Assembly: GCA_033764015.1 (NCBI GenBank)
Contig: JANRJK010000047.1
Span: 1-40,019 of the forward strand
DNA: 40,019 bases
Source: Candidatus Sumerlaeia bacterium
GTDB taxonomy: Bacteria; Sumerlaeota; Sumerlaeia; SLMS01; JANRJK01
Direction of reading: 5' to 3'
The position numbers were made by a program, and so were the translations under genes. The first letter of the stretch is position 1, and each line of letters opens with the position of its first letter. The notes under the pieces were generated by a model that was not told where the DNA came from, made no database searches, and saw only the letters and a program-made list of their open reading frames with translations. This document shows, piece after piece, positions 1-8,812 of the stretch.

Positions 1-120
1 CTGGGACGAGGCGAAGGTGTCGGTAAGGGCAGCAAACGGAACGCTCTCCTCGAACGCCCGCGAAGGCGTGGCGGCGGGCGCCCTGCTCGCCCCGGCGGTC
101 CGCACCACGCAGTCCGTCCG
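1..120 (+). repeat. Copy 1 of a diverged direct repeat (RHS pre-core linker)
   Basis: Ungapped manual alignment with 19581-19700 gives 101/120 identical bases. Confidence 0.92.
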
Positions 121-865
121 CGCGCCGCTCTCCGCCGCGCAGTCGTCCATCGGGCTCAAATTCCTGTTTACCGCGCGCCCCTGGACCCCCGTGGGCGAAC
201 TGTACCACCTCCGCGCGCGGTGGTACTCGCCACTTGAGGGCCGGTTCCTCACGATGGACCCGATTGGATACGATGGTGGTAGCAACGTGTATATGTACTG
301 CGGCGGCGATCCCGTGAATTGGGTGGACCCGTGGGGATTGGAACGACTGATTGAGATCGTTATTGAGCTTCCTCCGATTCCCACAGATGGGATCGTCTTC
401 CTTATGGAGGACGATCCTGTCGTCCGATCCATTGAGTGCAGATTTTTTGTGTGCGGCTTCTCTGACGAGCAGTTTGACAACATCGAAGATTGCCTTCGGT
501 CCAAGCTATTCAGTAATTTCTTGCAAAACTTGTCCGAACCATATCAGAGCATGGTCTTAGACAAGATTAGTCAGTCACCTCCTTACGAGATTGGCGGAAG
601 TAACGAAGATCGTCGAACTTCTAGCGGTGACCCCATAGCAGGGAGCGCGCGGCGGGGAGGTTCTTCAATGACGCTGTATCCCCAAGGATCAAACTATGAT
701 GACTGTTACACTCTCCTCCAAACAGTTGTGCACGAACTAGGTCATAGCATCGGGTTGACACACGACGTCAACTCTGACTGGATGTACATAGATCAGGGTG
801 TCCAAGCAGGATTCCCTAATTGGGACTATGAGCGACGTAACCCGGGGTACATGCGTGAACACTAG
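2..865 (+). CDS. RHS repeat-associated core protein, 3' part (5'-truncated by window edge), with C-terminal metzincin-type Zn metallopeptidase domain (candidate polymorphic toxin)
   Basis: Frame is open from position 2 (WDEAKVS...). RHS core LYHLRARWYSPLEGRFLTMDPIGYDGGSNVYMYCGGDPVNWVDPWGL ends at 340. The lower-GC C-terminal domain has HELGHSIGLTH (731-763) followed by a Met-turn-like WMY. Confidence 0.88.
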   Translation, partial: WDEAKVSVRAANGTLSSNAREGVAAGALLAPAVRTTQSVRAPLSAAQSSIGLKFLFTARPWTPVGELYHLRARWYSPLEGRFLTMDPIGYDGGSNVYMYCGGDPVNWVDPWGLERLIEIVIELPPIPTDGIVFLMEDDPVVRSIECRFFVCGFSDEQFDNIEDCLRSKLFSNFLQNLSEPYQSMVLDKISQSPPYEIGGSNEDRRTSSGDPIAGSARRGGSSMTLYPQGSNYDDCYTLLQTVVHELGHSIGLTHDVNSDWMYIDQGVQAGFPNWDYERRNPGYMREH

Positions 866-1748
866 AGTTGCTTCACTCCTCCGTGCGGTAGCTATACGGC
901 TCGCGATAGTCTGCTTGCCCTGTAGCTTGTGTGGTGCGCCCAGCTCAGGTGTGGGGGCCGTGTTGTCGAGCATAGAGAACTGGCCGAGTGTATCAAACAT
1001 TGCATCTGGGAGCTTTAATGGGAAGACGGGGAGGTCTTTGCTCACTCAGCATTTTTGGATGCGATCTTACCTCGCTGCGCCAAGTACGGACCCGAACGTG
1101 GGATTGCTGGAGGCATACAGAATGCTCTATCAGAACGCTCCGACTGTCTACGAGGAATTGATCGATAGCGGACAGCCGTGGAATGAACCCCAGTTGGTCA
1201 ACAAAGTCATATGCGAAGACATCTTGCGACGAGATCTGCCGTCCACTTGCACACTTGATCTTGTCACAGCTTTTCCAAGAGTAGAGAGAAGAGTTGTGAT
1301 CAACTCCAGAGACATCGAAGTGCTCGTGATAGAATGCCCAGCCATTTCTAAAGCGCTCCTGTTTCATCCCGACTGGAATGTGCGCAGGATTGCGATGAGG
1401 GAGTTCTTCTACAGGGCGCGTGCGGACATTTTTGAAGTGTTTGACGCGAAGGAGATCGAAGAACTTACCTTATGGTCGTACCTTCTTCATCTCGATGTAC
1501 AGTGGTTCGATTGCGTTCTCAGCTCTGCTGCGGACATGGAATTACAGCGGGAGGTGTGGCGGGCGCTCATTTCCGTCAGACTTGCCTCGGATAGCGCCAG
1601 TATAGAAGAGTTGGCGTCATTGCGGCTAGATCAGCCGTTGGTGATCAGTATCCTCGACGAGGTTCTTGGCACAGAGGTAGACCCTAGTGTTCTAGAGCGA
1701 GGACTCGAACTCCGGAAAAGGATCGAGACAGGGGAAGTTCCGGGATAA
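855..1748 (+). CDS. Hypothetical exported protein; candidate immunity protein for the upstream RHS C-terminal domain
   Basis: Low-GC ORF overlapping the RHS stop (GTG at 855; the track ORF starts at 798). Signal-peptide-like N-terminus (VNTRVASLLRAVAIRLAIVCLPCSLCG) and a HEAT-like stretch LLFHPDWNVRRIAM. Immunity role is inferred from position only. Confidence 0.62.
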   Translation: MNTRVASLLRAVAIRLAIVCLPCSLCGAPSSGVGAVLSSIENWPSVSNIASGSFNGKTGRSLLTQHFWMRSYLAAPSTDPNVGLLEAYRMLYQNAPTVYEELIDSGQPWNEPQLVNKVICEDILRRDLPSTCTLDLVTAFPRVERRVVINSRDIEVLVIECPAISKALLFHPDWNVRRIAMREFFYRARADIFEVFDAKEIEELTLWSYLLHLDVQWFDCVLSSAADMELQREVWRALISVRLASDSASIEELASLRLDQPLVISILDEVLGTEVDPSVLERGLELRKRIETGEVPG

Positions 1749-1860
1749 CTGCAAGTGTACGGTTTTGAGCCTATTGTTCAGCTATCCATGGTCTTTTGGC
1801 TTCAGTGCCAATGGTACCAGTGTACGGAGCGAACTGTCGGAAGGAGCCAGAGGCGATGGT

Positions 1861-2704
1861 TCAGAAGTCCACCCGCCAAGTCGGCGACTCCTCCATCCTG
1901 CTCCGCCTCCGGTCATAGAGCCGCGTCGTGCTGACGTTCGCGTGGCCGAGCCATTCCTGCACCTTCGCGATGTCGGCTTGGTGCTCCAAAGCGTTGGTTG
2001 CGGCGGTTGCGCGGAGCGAGTGGACGCAGAGGCCGCGGATGTCGATGCCGGCGTGGCGCGCGTGGTGTTGGACGATGTCGCGAAGGACGGATTCGGGCTG
2101 GGGGTGCGGGGCGAGCGTTGCGGGAGGATAGAAGAGAAAGTCTCACGCGAAGCCGCGAGGACGCGAAGCGGGGCTGATGTGCGCTTCAGGGTTACCCTGC
2201 GCCGGATCTGCGGGCGGGGGGAGGTCTCACGCGCGGCCGTGATGGAGGAACACGGCGAGGATCGCGCGGTCGCGTTTACCCTTCAATGTCGCGGGGTCGG
2301 GGGCCTCGAGAAGCTGGCGCGCCTGGTCGTCGCTGATGGCGGGAGTCTTGCCCTCGTTCGGGTTCTCGATGGCGGGTCTGCGCACGCCATTCGCGGGGTT
2401 GTCAGGGACGGCGTTGCGTTCGCAGAGGTAGTCGAACAGCGACGCGACGGCGGAGAGCTTGCGGCGGATCGTCGCCGGTGACGCGCCCCGGCGCTTCAGC
2501 TCGTCGCGCCATGCGATCATGTGCGCGCGGGTCACTTGGCGGAACTCCGCCCCGCCCTCGATGCCGAGGAACGCGATCAGATCGGCCACGTCGATCCGGT
2601 AGGCGCGCCGAGTCCGGGCGTTCTCGATGTTCGCGAGCCACTCGATCCAAGGCGGCACGTCGGCGAGCCCCTGGAACTGCTCGGCCGTGAGAAGGCGCTC
2701 CCCC
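1861..2704 (-). pseudogene. Tyrosine recombinase/integrase pseudogene in two fragments
   Basis: N-fragment 2704-~2236 reads ERLLTAEQFQGLADVPPWIEWLANIENARTRRAY...ATIRRKLSAVASLFDYL...RDRAILAVFLHHG, then TGA at 2227-2229. C-fragment ~2100-1861 (absent from the ORF track) reads PESVLRDIVQHHARHAGIDIRGLCVHSLRATAATNALEHQADIAKVQEWLGHANVSTTRLYDRR...WRVDF*, with the HxxR, LGH and catalytic Tyr motifs. The central part carrying the first catalytic Arg and the Lys is missing. Confidence 0.9.
2140..2233. repeat. Short repeat-bearing insert within the recombinase pseudogene
   Basis: GTCTCACGCG occurs at 2140-2149 and 2224-2233. CGCGA(A/G)G occurs three times with an 8-bp period at 2146-2168. Palindrome CAGGGT-T-ACCCTG at 2187-2199. 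Confidence 0.6.
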
Positions 2705-4009
2705 TTACCCGATCCGCTCCAGCACCAGCGAAACGTCGGCGGGTTTGTTCGGGCCGATGCGGTAGGCGGCTTCCGCGAGGCGGCGGGCTTCGTCGAGGCC
2801 GCGGCCGTTTCGGTGCCAGACGCGCAGCAGCGGATCGCCGGCGCGCACCGGGTCGCCGGGTTGGCGGAGCACTTCGAAGCCGACGCCGAGGTCCACCTGG
2901 TCGTCTGCCTTGAGGCGTCCGGCGCCGAGCGTGTTGGCCGCGACGCCGAGGGCGCGCGTGTCGACCGCTTCGATGAAGCCCTCCGCGGCGGCGTTAAACA
3001 TCGTTGTGTCGGGCGCGAGCTGGAGCAGCGAGGTGTCGTCCGCGATGCGCGGATCGCCGCCTTGGGCCGCCACCCACTCTTGGAACTTCGCCATGGCGGA
3101 GCCGTCCGCGAGGTGCTGGCGGCAGCGTTCGATGGCGGACTCGACCGTGGGTTCGACGCCGCCGAGGACGAGCATCTCCGCCGTTTCGAGGATCGTCAGC
3201 TCCGTCGAGTCCTCCGGGCCCGCGCCGCGCAGGATCTCGACCGTCTCGATCACTTCGAGGGCGTTGCCCACGTAGCGCCCGAGGGGGCGGTCCATGCGCG
3301 TGAGCATCGCGACCGTCGGGAGCGCGAGCGCGTTGCCGATGCCGACGAGCTGGCGGGCCAGCGCGCGCGAGTCCTCGACCGTCGGCATGAAGGCGCCGCT
3401 GCCGAACTTGACGTCCATCACCAGCGCGCGCGTGCCGGAGGCGGCCTTCTTCGACAGGATCGACGCGCAGATCAGCGGGATGCTCTCCACCGTCGCCGTC
3501 ACGTCGCGGAGCGCGTAGAGCTTGCGGTCCGCGGGGACGAATTCGGGCGTCTGGCCGATGATGGCGCAGCCAACGGTGCCGAGCTGGCGGACGAATTCGT
3601 CCTCCGACAGCGCCCAGCGGTAGCCGGGGATCGCGTCGAGCTTGTCGAGCGTGCCGCCGGTGTGGCCAAGGCCGCGCCCGCTAACCATCGGCACCACGAG
3701 CCCCGCCGCCGCGGCGAGCGGCGCGAGGATCAGCGACACCTTGTCGCCGACGCCGCCGGTGGAATGCTTGTCCACCTTCGCGCCCGTCAGGTGCGACAGG
3801 TCGTAGGTGCGCCCGGAGGTCATCATGCAGCGCGTCAGCGCGGCGGCTTCGTCGAAGGACATGCCGCGGAAGAAGATGGCCATGAGGAGGGCGCTCACCT
3901 GGTATTCCGGGATGCGCCCCTCGACGTAGCCGCCGATGAACTCGGCGATTTCGGCGGGGGCGAGTTCGCCCCCCTCGCGCTTGCGGCGGATCAGTTCGGG
4001 CACGTTCAT
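2705..4009 (-). CDS. pdp: Pyrimidine-nucleoside (thymidine) phosphorylase
   Basis: MNVPELIRRKREG start (ATG 4009, ATGA overlap with the upstream gene). Motifs VDKHSTGGVGDK, SGRGLGHTGGTLDKL, PADRKLYALRDVTATVESIPLICASILSKK. 434 aa. Confidence 0.95.
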   Translation of the reverse strand: MNVPELIRRKREGGELAPAEIAEFIGGYVEGRIPEYQVSALLMAIFFRGMSFDEAAALTRCMMTSGRTYDLSHLTGAKVDKHSTGGVGDKVSLILAPLAAAAGLVVPMVSGRGLGHTGGTLDKLDAIPGYRWALSEDEFVRQLGTVGCAIIGQTPEFVPADRKLYALRDVTATVESIPLICASILSKKAASGTRALVMDVKFGSGAFMPTVEDSRALARQLVGIGNALALPTVAMLTRMDRPLGRYVGNALEVIETVEILRGAGPEDSTELTILETAEMLVLGGVEPTVESAIERCRQHLADGSAMAKFQEWVAAQGGDPRIADDTSLLQLAPDTTMFNAAAEGFIEAVDTRALGVAANTLGAGRLKADDQVDLGVGFEVLRQPGDPVRAGDPLLRVWHRNGRGLDEARRLAEAAYRIGPNKPADVSLVLERIG

Positions 4010-4290
4010 GGGGGAGTGTCCTTGAAGGGCGCCGGGAACATGCCGGCGTCGCGGGCTTGGGCGCGGAGCGCGGCGTCGGCGGAAATCAACCCCGCCAGCA
4101 GGCCGTCCTCGAAGCTGAACTGCGGGTTGTTCGAGACCTCGGGCCAATCGAACGGGTTCATGATGTCGTCGTTCGTGATCCGCGGGTTGATCTGGCGGGC
4201 GATCTTGAGCACCTTCGCCCGCTGCTGCTCGATCATCCGCTGCAGCAGCTCCAGGTTCGCGTCGAGCAGTTGCTCCGCGCCGTGGCCCAT
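4006..4290 (-). CDS. Small hypothetical protein (94 aa), translationally coupled to pdp
   Basis: C-terminal part of track ORF 4006..5127: MGHGAEQLLDANLELLQRMIEQQRAKVLKIARQINPRITNDDIMNPFDWPEV...FEDGLLAGL. Protein-like composition; stop overlaps the pdp start. Confidence 0.72.
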   Translation of the reverse strand: MGHGAEQLLDANLELLQRMIEQQRAKVLKIARQINPRITNDDIMNPFDWPEVSNNPQFSFEDGLLAGLISADAALRAQARDAGMFPAPFKDTPP

Positions 4291-4359
4291 GGTGGGGTTT
4301 CCTTGTCGCTTGGCGTCCGGAGGGCACGATGCCCCCCGCACACTCCCGAGGCAAACACT

Positions 4360-5250
4360 GTGTCGAATCGCGAAGCGCCCGGCGGCGACGCCCCCGCGCG
4401 CCTCTTCCCCCCCATGCGCGAGCTGCTGGACCGGCTCGGGATCCGCCCGGACAAGCGCCGGGCGCAGCACTTCCTCCATCGCCAGGAGACGTGCCGCCGC
4501 ATCGCCGAGCTGGCGCTTCCCGACCCGGGGGCGCTTTGCGTCGAGGTCGGCGCGGGCCTCGGCAACCTCACGGTGCAGCTCGCCGACCGCGCCGCCCGCG
4601 TCGTCGCCGTCGAGCCCGACACCGAGTTCATCGAGTGGCACCGGCAGCTCGTGCGCCTCTCGCCGCGCATCGAGTTCCTGCACGCGGACTTCCTCCAGCT
4701 CGATCTCGAGGAGCTGACCGCCGCCGCGCGCGCCGCCGGTACGCCGCTGGTCGCCGCGGGCAACCTGCCGTACCAGATCACCAGCGCGATCCTGTTCAAG
4801 CTCGTCGACGCGCCGTTCCGCTTCGACCGGATCGTGGTGATGATGCAGCTCGAAGTGGCGCAGCGCATCGCCTGCGGGCCGGCGCACCGCGAATCGGGCG
4901 CCCTCTCGTACAAGATCGCCCTCTCCTACAAGCCCTCCATCGAGATGCGGATCGAGCCCGGCGAGTTCATCCCGCCGCCCGCGGTGCGCTCCGCGGTTCT
5001 CGTGCTCGAACCGCTGCCCGCGCCGCTGTTCCGCGACGCCGCGCACCGCGACCGCCTGTACCGCGTGGTCGAGGGCGTCTTCCGCTACCGGCGCAAGACG
5101 CTGTCGAACGGGCTGCTCGAGGCGCATCTGGCGCCCGACCGCGCGGCGGGGGAGGACGCGCTGCGCCGCGCGGGGATCGACGCGAAGCGCCGGCCCGAGA
5201 CGCTCTCGCTGGACGAGCTGATCGCGCTCGAAGGCGCGCTCGCCCGGTAG
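4360..5250 (+). CDS. rsmA: 16S rRNA m6,2A dimethyltransferase (KsgA/RsmA)
   Basis: AQHFL, SAM-binding VEVGAGLGNLT, AGNLPYQITS, MMQLEVAQRI, FIPPPAVRSAV, RRKTL, RRPETLS. Start is GTG 4360 or ATG 4414. Confidence 0.93.
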   Translation: MSNREAPGGDAPARLFPPMRELLDRLGIRPDKRRAQHFLHRQETCRRIAELALPDPGALCVEVGAGLGNLTVQLADRAARVVAVEPDTEFIEWHRQLVRLSPRIEFLHADFLQLDLEELTAAARAAGTPLVAAGNLPYQITSAILFKLVDAPFRFDRIVVMMQLEVAQRIACGPAHRESGALSYKIALSYKPSIEMRIEPGEFIPPPAVRSAVLVLEPLPAPLFRDAAHRDRLYRVVEGVFRYRRKTLSNGLLEAHLAPDRAAGEDALRRAGIDAKRRPETLSLDELIALEGALAR

Positions 5251-5254
5251 CGGA

Positions 5255-6070
5255 TCAGCGCGCGGGAAACACCACGCGGTTCCACTCCGCCTCGAGCGCT
5301 TCCTGCGCCGCGCGCGGCATGTCCACTGTGAGGTCCGTCCGCAGCAGCGACAGCGCCGCGTAGCCGCGCTCCATGACGCGGTCGTCGCTGTCGGGCGCCT
5401 CGGGGGTGTGGATGATCGTCTTGCCGACGTTCATGTAGTACTTCGCATCCAACTCCTCGCGCTGGAGCTGGAACTCGTCCACGTAGAACGCAGTGCCCTG
5501 CCGCGCATAGTGGACGCCCTTGAGCTCGTCGAGCGCGACGTTGGGCAGGTTCAGGTTCCAGAACGTGCCGCGGCGCCACGACTGTTGAAGGAGCCAGGGC
5601 ACGAGGGCGGCCGCCAACCCCGCCGCGGTGTCGAAGCGCCAATGGGGCTCGCCGCGGCGCCAGATCGACACCGCCATGGCGCGCAGGCCGAAGAACGCGG
5701 ACTCGATCGCGCAGCCCACGGTGCCGCTGTAGAACACCGAGTTGCCGATGTTCGAGCCGGGGTTGGCGCCGCTCAGCACGAGGTCCGGCTTGTAGCCGCC
5801 GAGGCCGATCACGGCGAACTTCACGCAGTCCGCCGGCAGCCCGTCCACCGCGTAGCCCCACACCTCGCCGTCGGCGCCGCGGCGCGCCTCGACGCGCATC
5901 TCCTTCACCACGGAGAGCCCGCAGCCGCTGCCGCTGCGCTCGCGGAGCGGAGCGCACACCAGCACTTCGTAAAGCCCGGTCGCGTTGAGCGTGTCGCGGA
6001 TCGCGAGCAGCCCGGGGGCGTCGATCCCGTCGTCGTTGGTGAGCAGGATGCGTGGCTTGCGTTTCGACAC
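5255..6070 (-). CDS. surE: 5'/3'-nucleotidase SurE
   Basis: ILLTNDDGIDAPG, DGLPADCV, PDLVLSGANPGSNIGNSVFYSGTV, NLNLP. Confidence 0.95.
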   Translation of the reverse strand: MSKRKPRILLTNDDGIDAPGLLAIRDTLNATGLYEVLVCAPLRERSGSGCGLSVVKEMRVEARRGADGEVWGYAVDGLPADCVKFAVIGLGGYKPDLVLSGANPGSNIGNSVFYSGTVGCAIESAFFGLRAMAVSIWRRGEPHWRFDTAAGLAAALVPWLLQQSWRRGTFWNLNLPNVALDELKGVHYARQGTAFYVDEFQLQREELDAKYYMNVGKTIIHTPEAPDSDDRVMERGYAALSLLRTDLTVDMPRAAQEALEAEWNRVVFPAR

Positions 6071-6121
6071 GGAGCGCTCCGGTGGGTGGGGTCTGGCGGC
6101 GAGGGTTGTTTCGACGCCGCC

Positions 6122-8788
6122 TCACGCGTCGGGCAAGATCACTTCCACCGTGGTCGACTGGCCCGCCACCACCTCGACCTCCTGGAACACCGTCAGGTGC
6201 GCGCCGGAGCGGTCGATCACTTCCATCTGCACGCGTCCCGGCGGGGCGCTGGTCGTCTCGAAGACGCCCTGCCCGTCCGTGTACGCCACCCAGCCGTCCG
6301 CGCGGATGTAGATGTCGACGAGCGCGGCGCCGCGCTCGTCGCGCACCGTGCCGGCGATCCGCCCCGCGCGCAGGATCTCGACCGCGCCCAGGTCCGTCGC
6401 CCGCTGGATCGCGACGCCTTCGACGTAGGTGGCGACGTGGTTCGCCGCCGTGACCAGGACGATCGCCTCCTCGACCAGCGGCACGCCGCCGATCACGAAG
6501 CTGCCGTCCGCGAGCGCAGACGTCGAGTAGGTGGCCACGCGGAGCGGGTGCTCCGGCGGGGCGCCGCGCGGCGCCAGCAGCGCCACGAACGCGCCCGCCA
6601 CCGGCTGGCCGACCCCCTCCGACACGATCGTGCCGGTCACCGTCCCCGCCTCGCCGACAAGGATGTCCCCAAGGTCCACCACCTGGCCCGGCGAGATTCG
6701 GACGTTGTTCACCGACGTGGTGCCGCCGCCCGGAACGGAGAAGACGAAGTTGGCATTCCCCGACATCAGGTGCGGCACCGTCAGCCGCCCTCCCGAGGTG
6801 TTGAACTCGTGGTCGTAGCGCATCCGCCACTCGTTGTCCGCGGTCGTGCCGCTCGGGCGCGACTCGTCGATCACCACGGACACGCGGACGCGTCCCGCGG
6901 GTTGGCCGTCCGCGCCGGTCACATCCGCCACGGCGGACTGCCCCTGGTCGAACAGCACGACGGTCTGCGTCTCGCCGGTCGCGACCGGGGCGAGCACCTG
7001 GCTCATCGGGATGTAGATGCCCTCCCGCACCGTCGCGCCGTTGACGGAGATCGAGTACGAGCCCTCCGGCAGCTCGTCGAAGATGAAGTACCCCGCGCTG
7101 TCGGTGCGCCGGTAGCGCTCCGCCGGCTCCTCGCAATCGAGGCAGCGCACGTAGGTGTCGGCGCTGTGGATCGGGCCGCCCACCTCGTTGACCACGATGC
7201 CGAAGATGCGCCCCTCTTCGGGATCCGAATCGCTCTCCAGCGTGATCGTTCCGAGGTCCACGCCCTGCGCCCCGACGGTGGTTTCGACCTCCTTCGTGAG
7301 GAACCCGACGGCGACCACGGAGACCTTGGCGGCGCCGGGCTCGACGGGGCGGATCTCGAAGCGGCCGTCATCCCCGGTGGAAGCGGTCCCGAGCGACTGG
7401 TTCAAGCGCTGGTAGATCGGACGCACCGTCGAGAAGCCGTCGACCACGGTCACCGTGGCGCCTTCGACCACCTTGCCGTCCTTGTCCGCGACCCTCCCCG
7501 TCACCGGGGGACCGTCCCCGAGCCGGACCAGGAGCGGCTGCGCCAGCGCCGAGGAATCCGCCGGGTCGATGAACGCCGCGCTGTAGGCCGCGATCGTCCC
7601 CGGGCTGTGCGCGCCCGCGCGGAATGGCTCGGAGGCGCCCGCGGGGAGGCTCGGGAACGTGAAGTTCCCCGCGCCGTCCGCGCGCAGCACGCCCGCCGAC
7701 GAGTACGGGTCGCCGAAGTTCGAACCTTGCCGGAAGAGCGAAACCAGCGCCGACCCCGCGGGTGAGCCGTCCGGCATCAGCACCGTCCCCGTGATCGGCT
7801 GCGCGGGATCGAGCTCGACCAGCAGGAACGGCTGCTCGCCCTCCTCGACCACCGTGAAGGACTCCTCGCCCTGCGTGAAGCCCGTCGCCAGGAAGGTCGC
7901 GCGGTACGCGCCGGGATCGAGCGGCATCAGCTCGAAGGTGCCGTCGTCCAACCCGTAAACATAGCCGATGAACGCGCTGCCCGCGTAGACCGTGATGGTC
8001 GGCTTGGCGGCGACGGAGCCGTCGGAGGAACTGACGGTCCGCCCGCGCACGGGCTCCGTCGACGGGATGTTGAAGTCCTCGGAAAGCCGCCGCTCGTCCG
8101 CCGCCAGCGTCAGGTACCGCGTCGAGTTGGGCGCGGCGGGGCGCACCAGGCGGACGACGTACTCGCCGGGAAGCTGCGCCGCGAAGGTGTAGAACCCCTC
8201 CGTTCCCGTCGCGGTGTACACGTCCACACTGGTGGCTTTGTTGGTGAGGACCAGTTCGGCGGACGCGACGCCGGACTCGCCGCGGCGCACCTGCCCGCCG
8301 ATCAGCCCCATGCCGGGCTCGAGGTCGCCGCTCAGCTTTTCGCTGTTCTTGCGGCGAGCCTCCTCGCGTTCCAGATCGTACTGGGAAGGGGTGGGTTCCG
8401 CGGTTGTGCCGCCGGAGGTGGCGCCGAAGGCGGTGCCTCCCCCGGTGGCGCCGGGCAATCCCGCGAGCGCCCCCGCGGCATCCGCGAGCGTGGTCGTCGT
8501 GTCCGTATCTTTCGAGGCGGCGACGGTGGTGCGGTCGGTCGCGGAGGAGTCCGCACTGGCGGCAGCGGCCGCGGCGTCGGTGGTCGCGTCGGCGCCGACG
8601 CGGGGGGCGTTGCGCCCGGGCCGACCGGGGGCCGCGTCGCGCCCGCCGGCGGACTGCGTGGCGCCTTCCGACCTGCCCGATGGCTCGCCGCCGGTGATCC
8701 CGCGCAGCGCCAAGGCGCCAAGCACCGCCGCCAGCACGACCGCCAGCAGCAGTGCGATCTTGCGGTTCGACATCTGTTTCGCCAGCAT
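6122..8788 (-). CDS. Membrane-anchored protein with multiple carboxypeptidase-regulatory-like (beta-sandwich) domains
   Basis: N-terminal hydrophobic anchor and an Ala/Thr/Gly-rich linker, then repeated GxVxDxxGxPV...TxxDGxF...PGxYxV units. Confidence 0.8.
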   Translation of the reverse strand: MLAKQMSNRKIALLLAVVLAAVLGALALRGITGGEPSGRSEGATQSAGGRDAAPGRPGRNAPRVGADATTDAAAAAASADSSATDRTTVAASKDTDTTTTLADAAGALAGLPGATGGGTAFGATSGGTTAEPTPSQYDLEREEARRKNSEKLSGDLEPGMGLIGGQVRRGESGVASAELVLTNKATSVDVYTATGTEGFYTFAAQLPGEYVVRLVRPAAPNSTRYLTLAADERRLSEDFNIPSTEPVRGRTVSSSDGSVAAKPTITVYAGSAFIGYVYGLDDGTFELMPLDPGAYRATFLATGFTQGEESFTVVEEGEQPFLLVELDPAQPITGTVLMPDGSPAGSALVSLFRQGSNFGDPYSSAGVLRADGAGNFTFPSLPAGASEPFRAGAHSPGTIAAYSAAFIDPADSSALAQPLLVRLGDGPPVTGRVADKDGKVVEGATVTVVDGFSTVRPIYQRLNQSLGTASTGDDGRFEIRPVEPGAAKVSVVAVGFLTKEVETTVGAQGVDLGTITLESDSDPEEGRIFGIVVNEVGGPIHSADTYVRCLDCEEPAERYRRTDSAGYFIFDELPEGSYSISVNGATVREGIYIPMSQVLAPVATGETQTVVLFDQGQSAVADVTGADGQPAGRVRVSVVIDESRPSGTTADNEWRMRYDHEFNTSGGRLTVPHLMSGNANFVFSVPGGGTTSVNNVRISPGQVVDLGDILVGEAGTVTGTIVSEGVGQPVAGAFVALLAPRGAPPEHPLRVATYSTSALADGSFVIGGVPLVEEAIVLVTAANHVATYVEGVAIQRATDLGAVEILRAGRIAGTVRDERGAALVDIYIRADGWVAYTDGQGVFETTSAPPGRVQMEVIDRSGAHLTVFQEVEVVAGQSTTVEVILPDA

Positions 8789-8812
8789 CGAAAGCCTCTC
8801 CGCGAGGGCGCG

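Noticed and set aside
2143..2229. TGA readthrough or alternative genetic code restoring the recombinase
   Set aside because: Both fragments share a frame, but the intervening codons do not resemble the missing catalytic segment, and many intact genes here (surE, pyrR, pilC, addA) end in TGA.
1765..2481. 238-aa plus-strand ORF
   Set aside because: Antisense shadow of the recombinase fragments.
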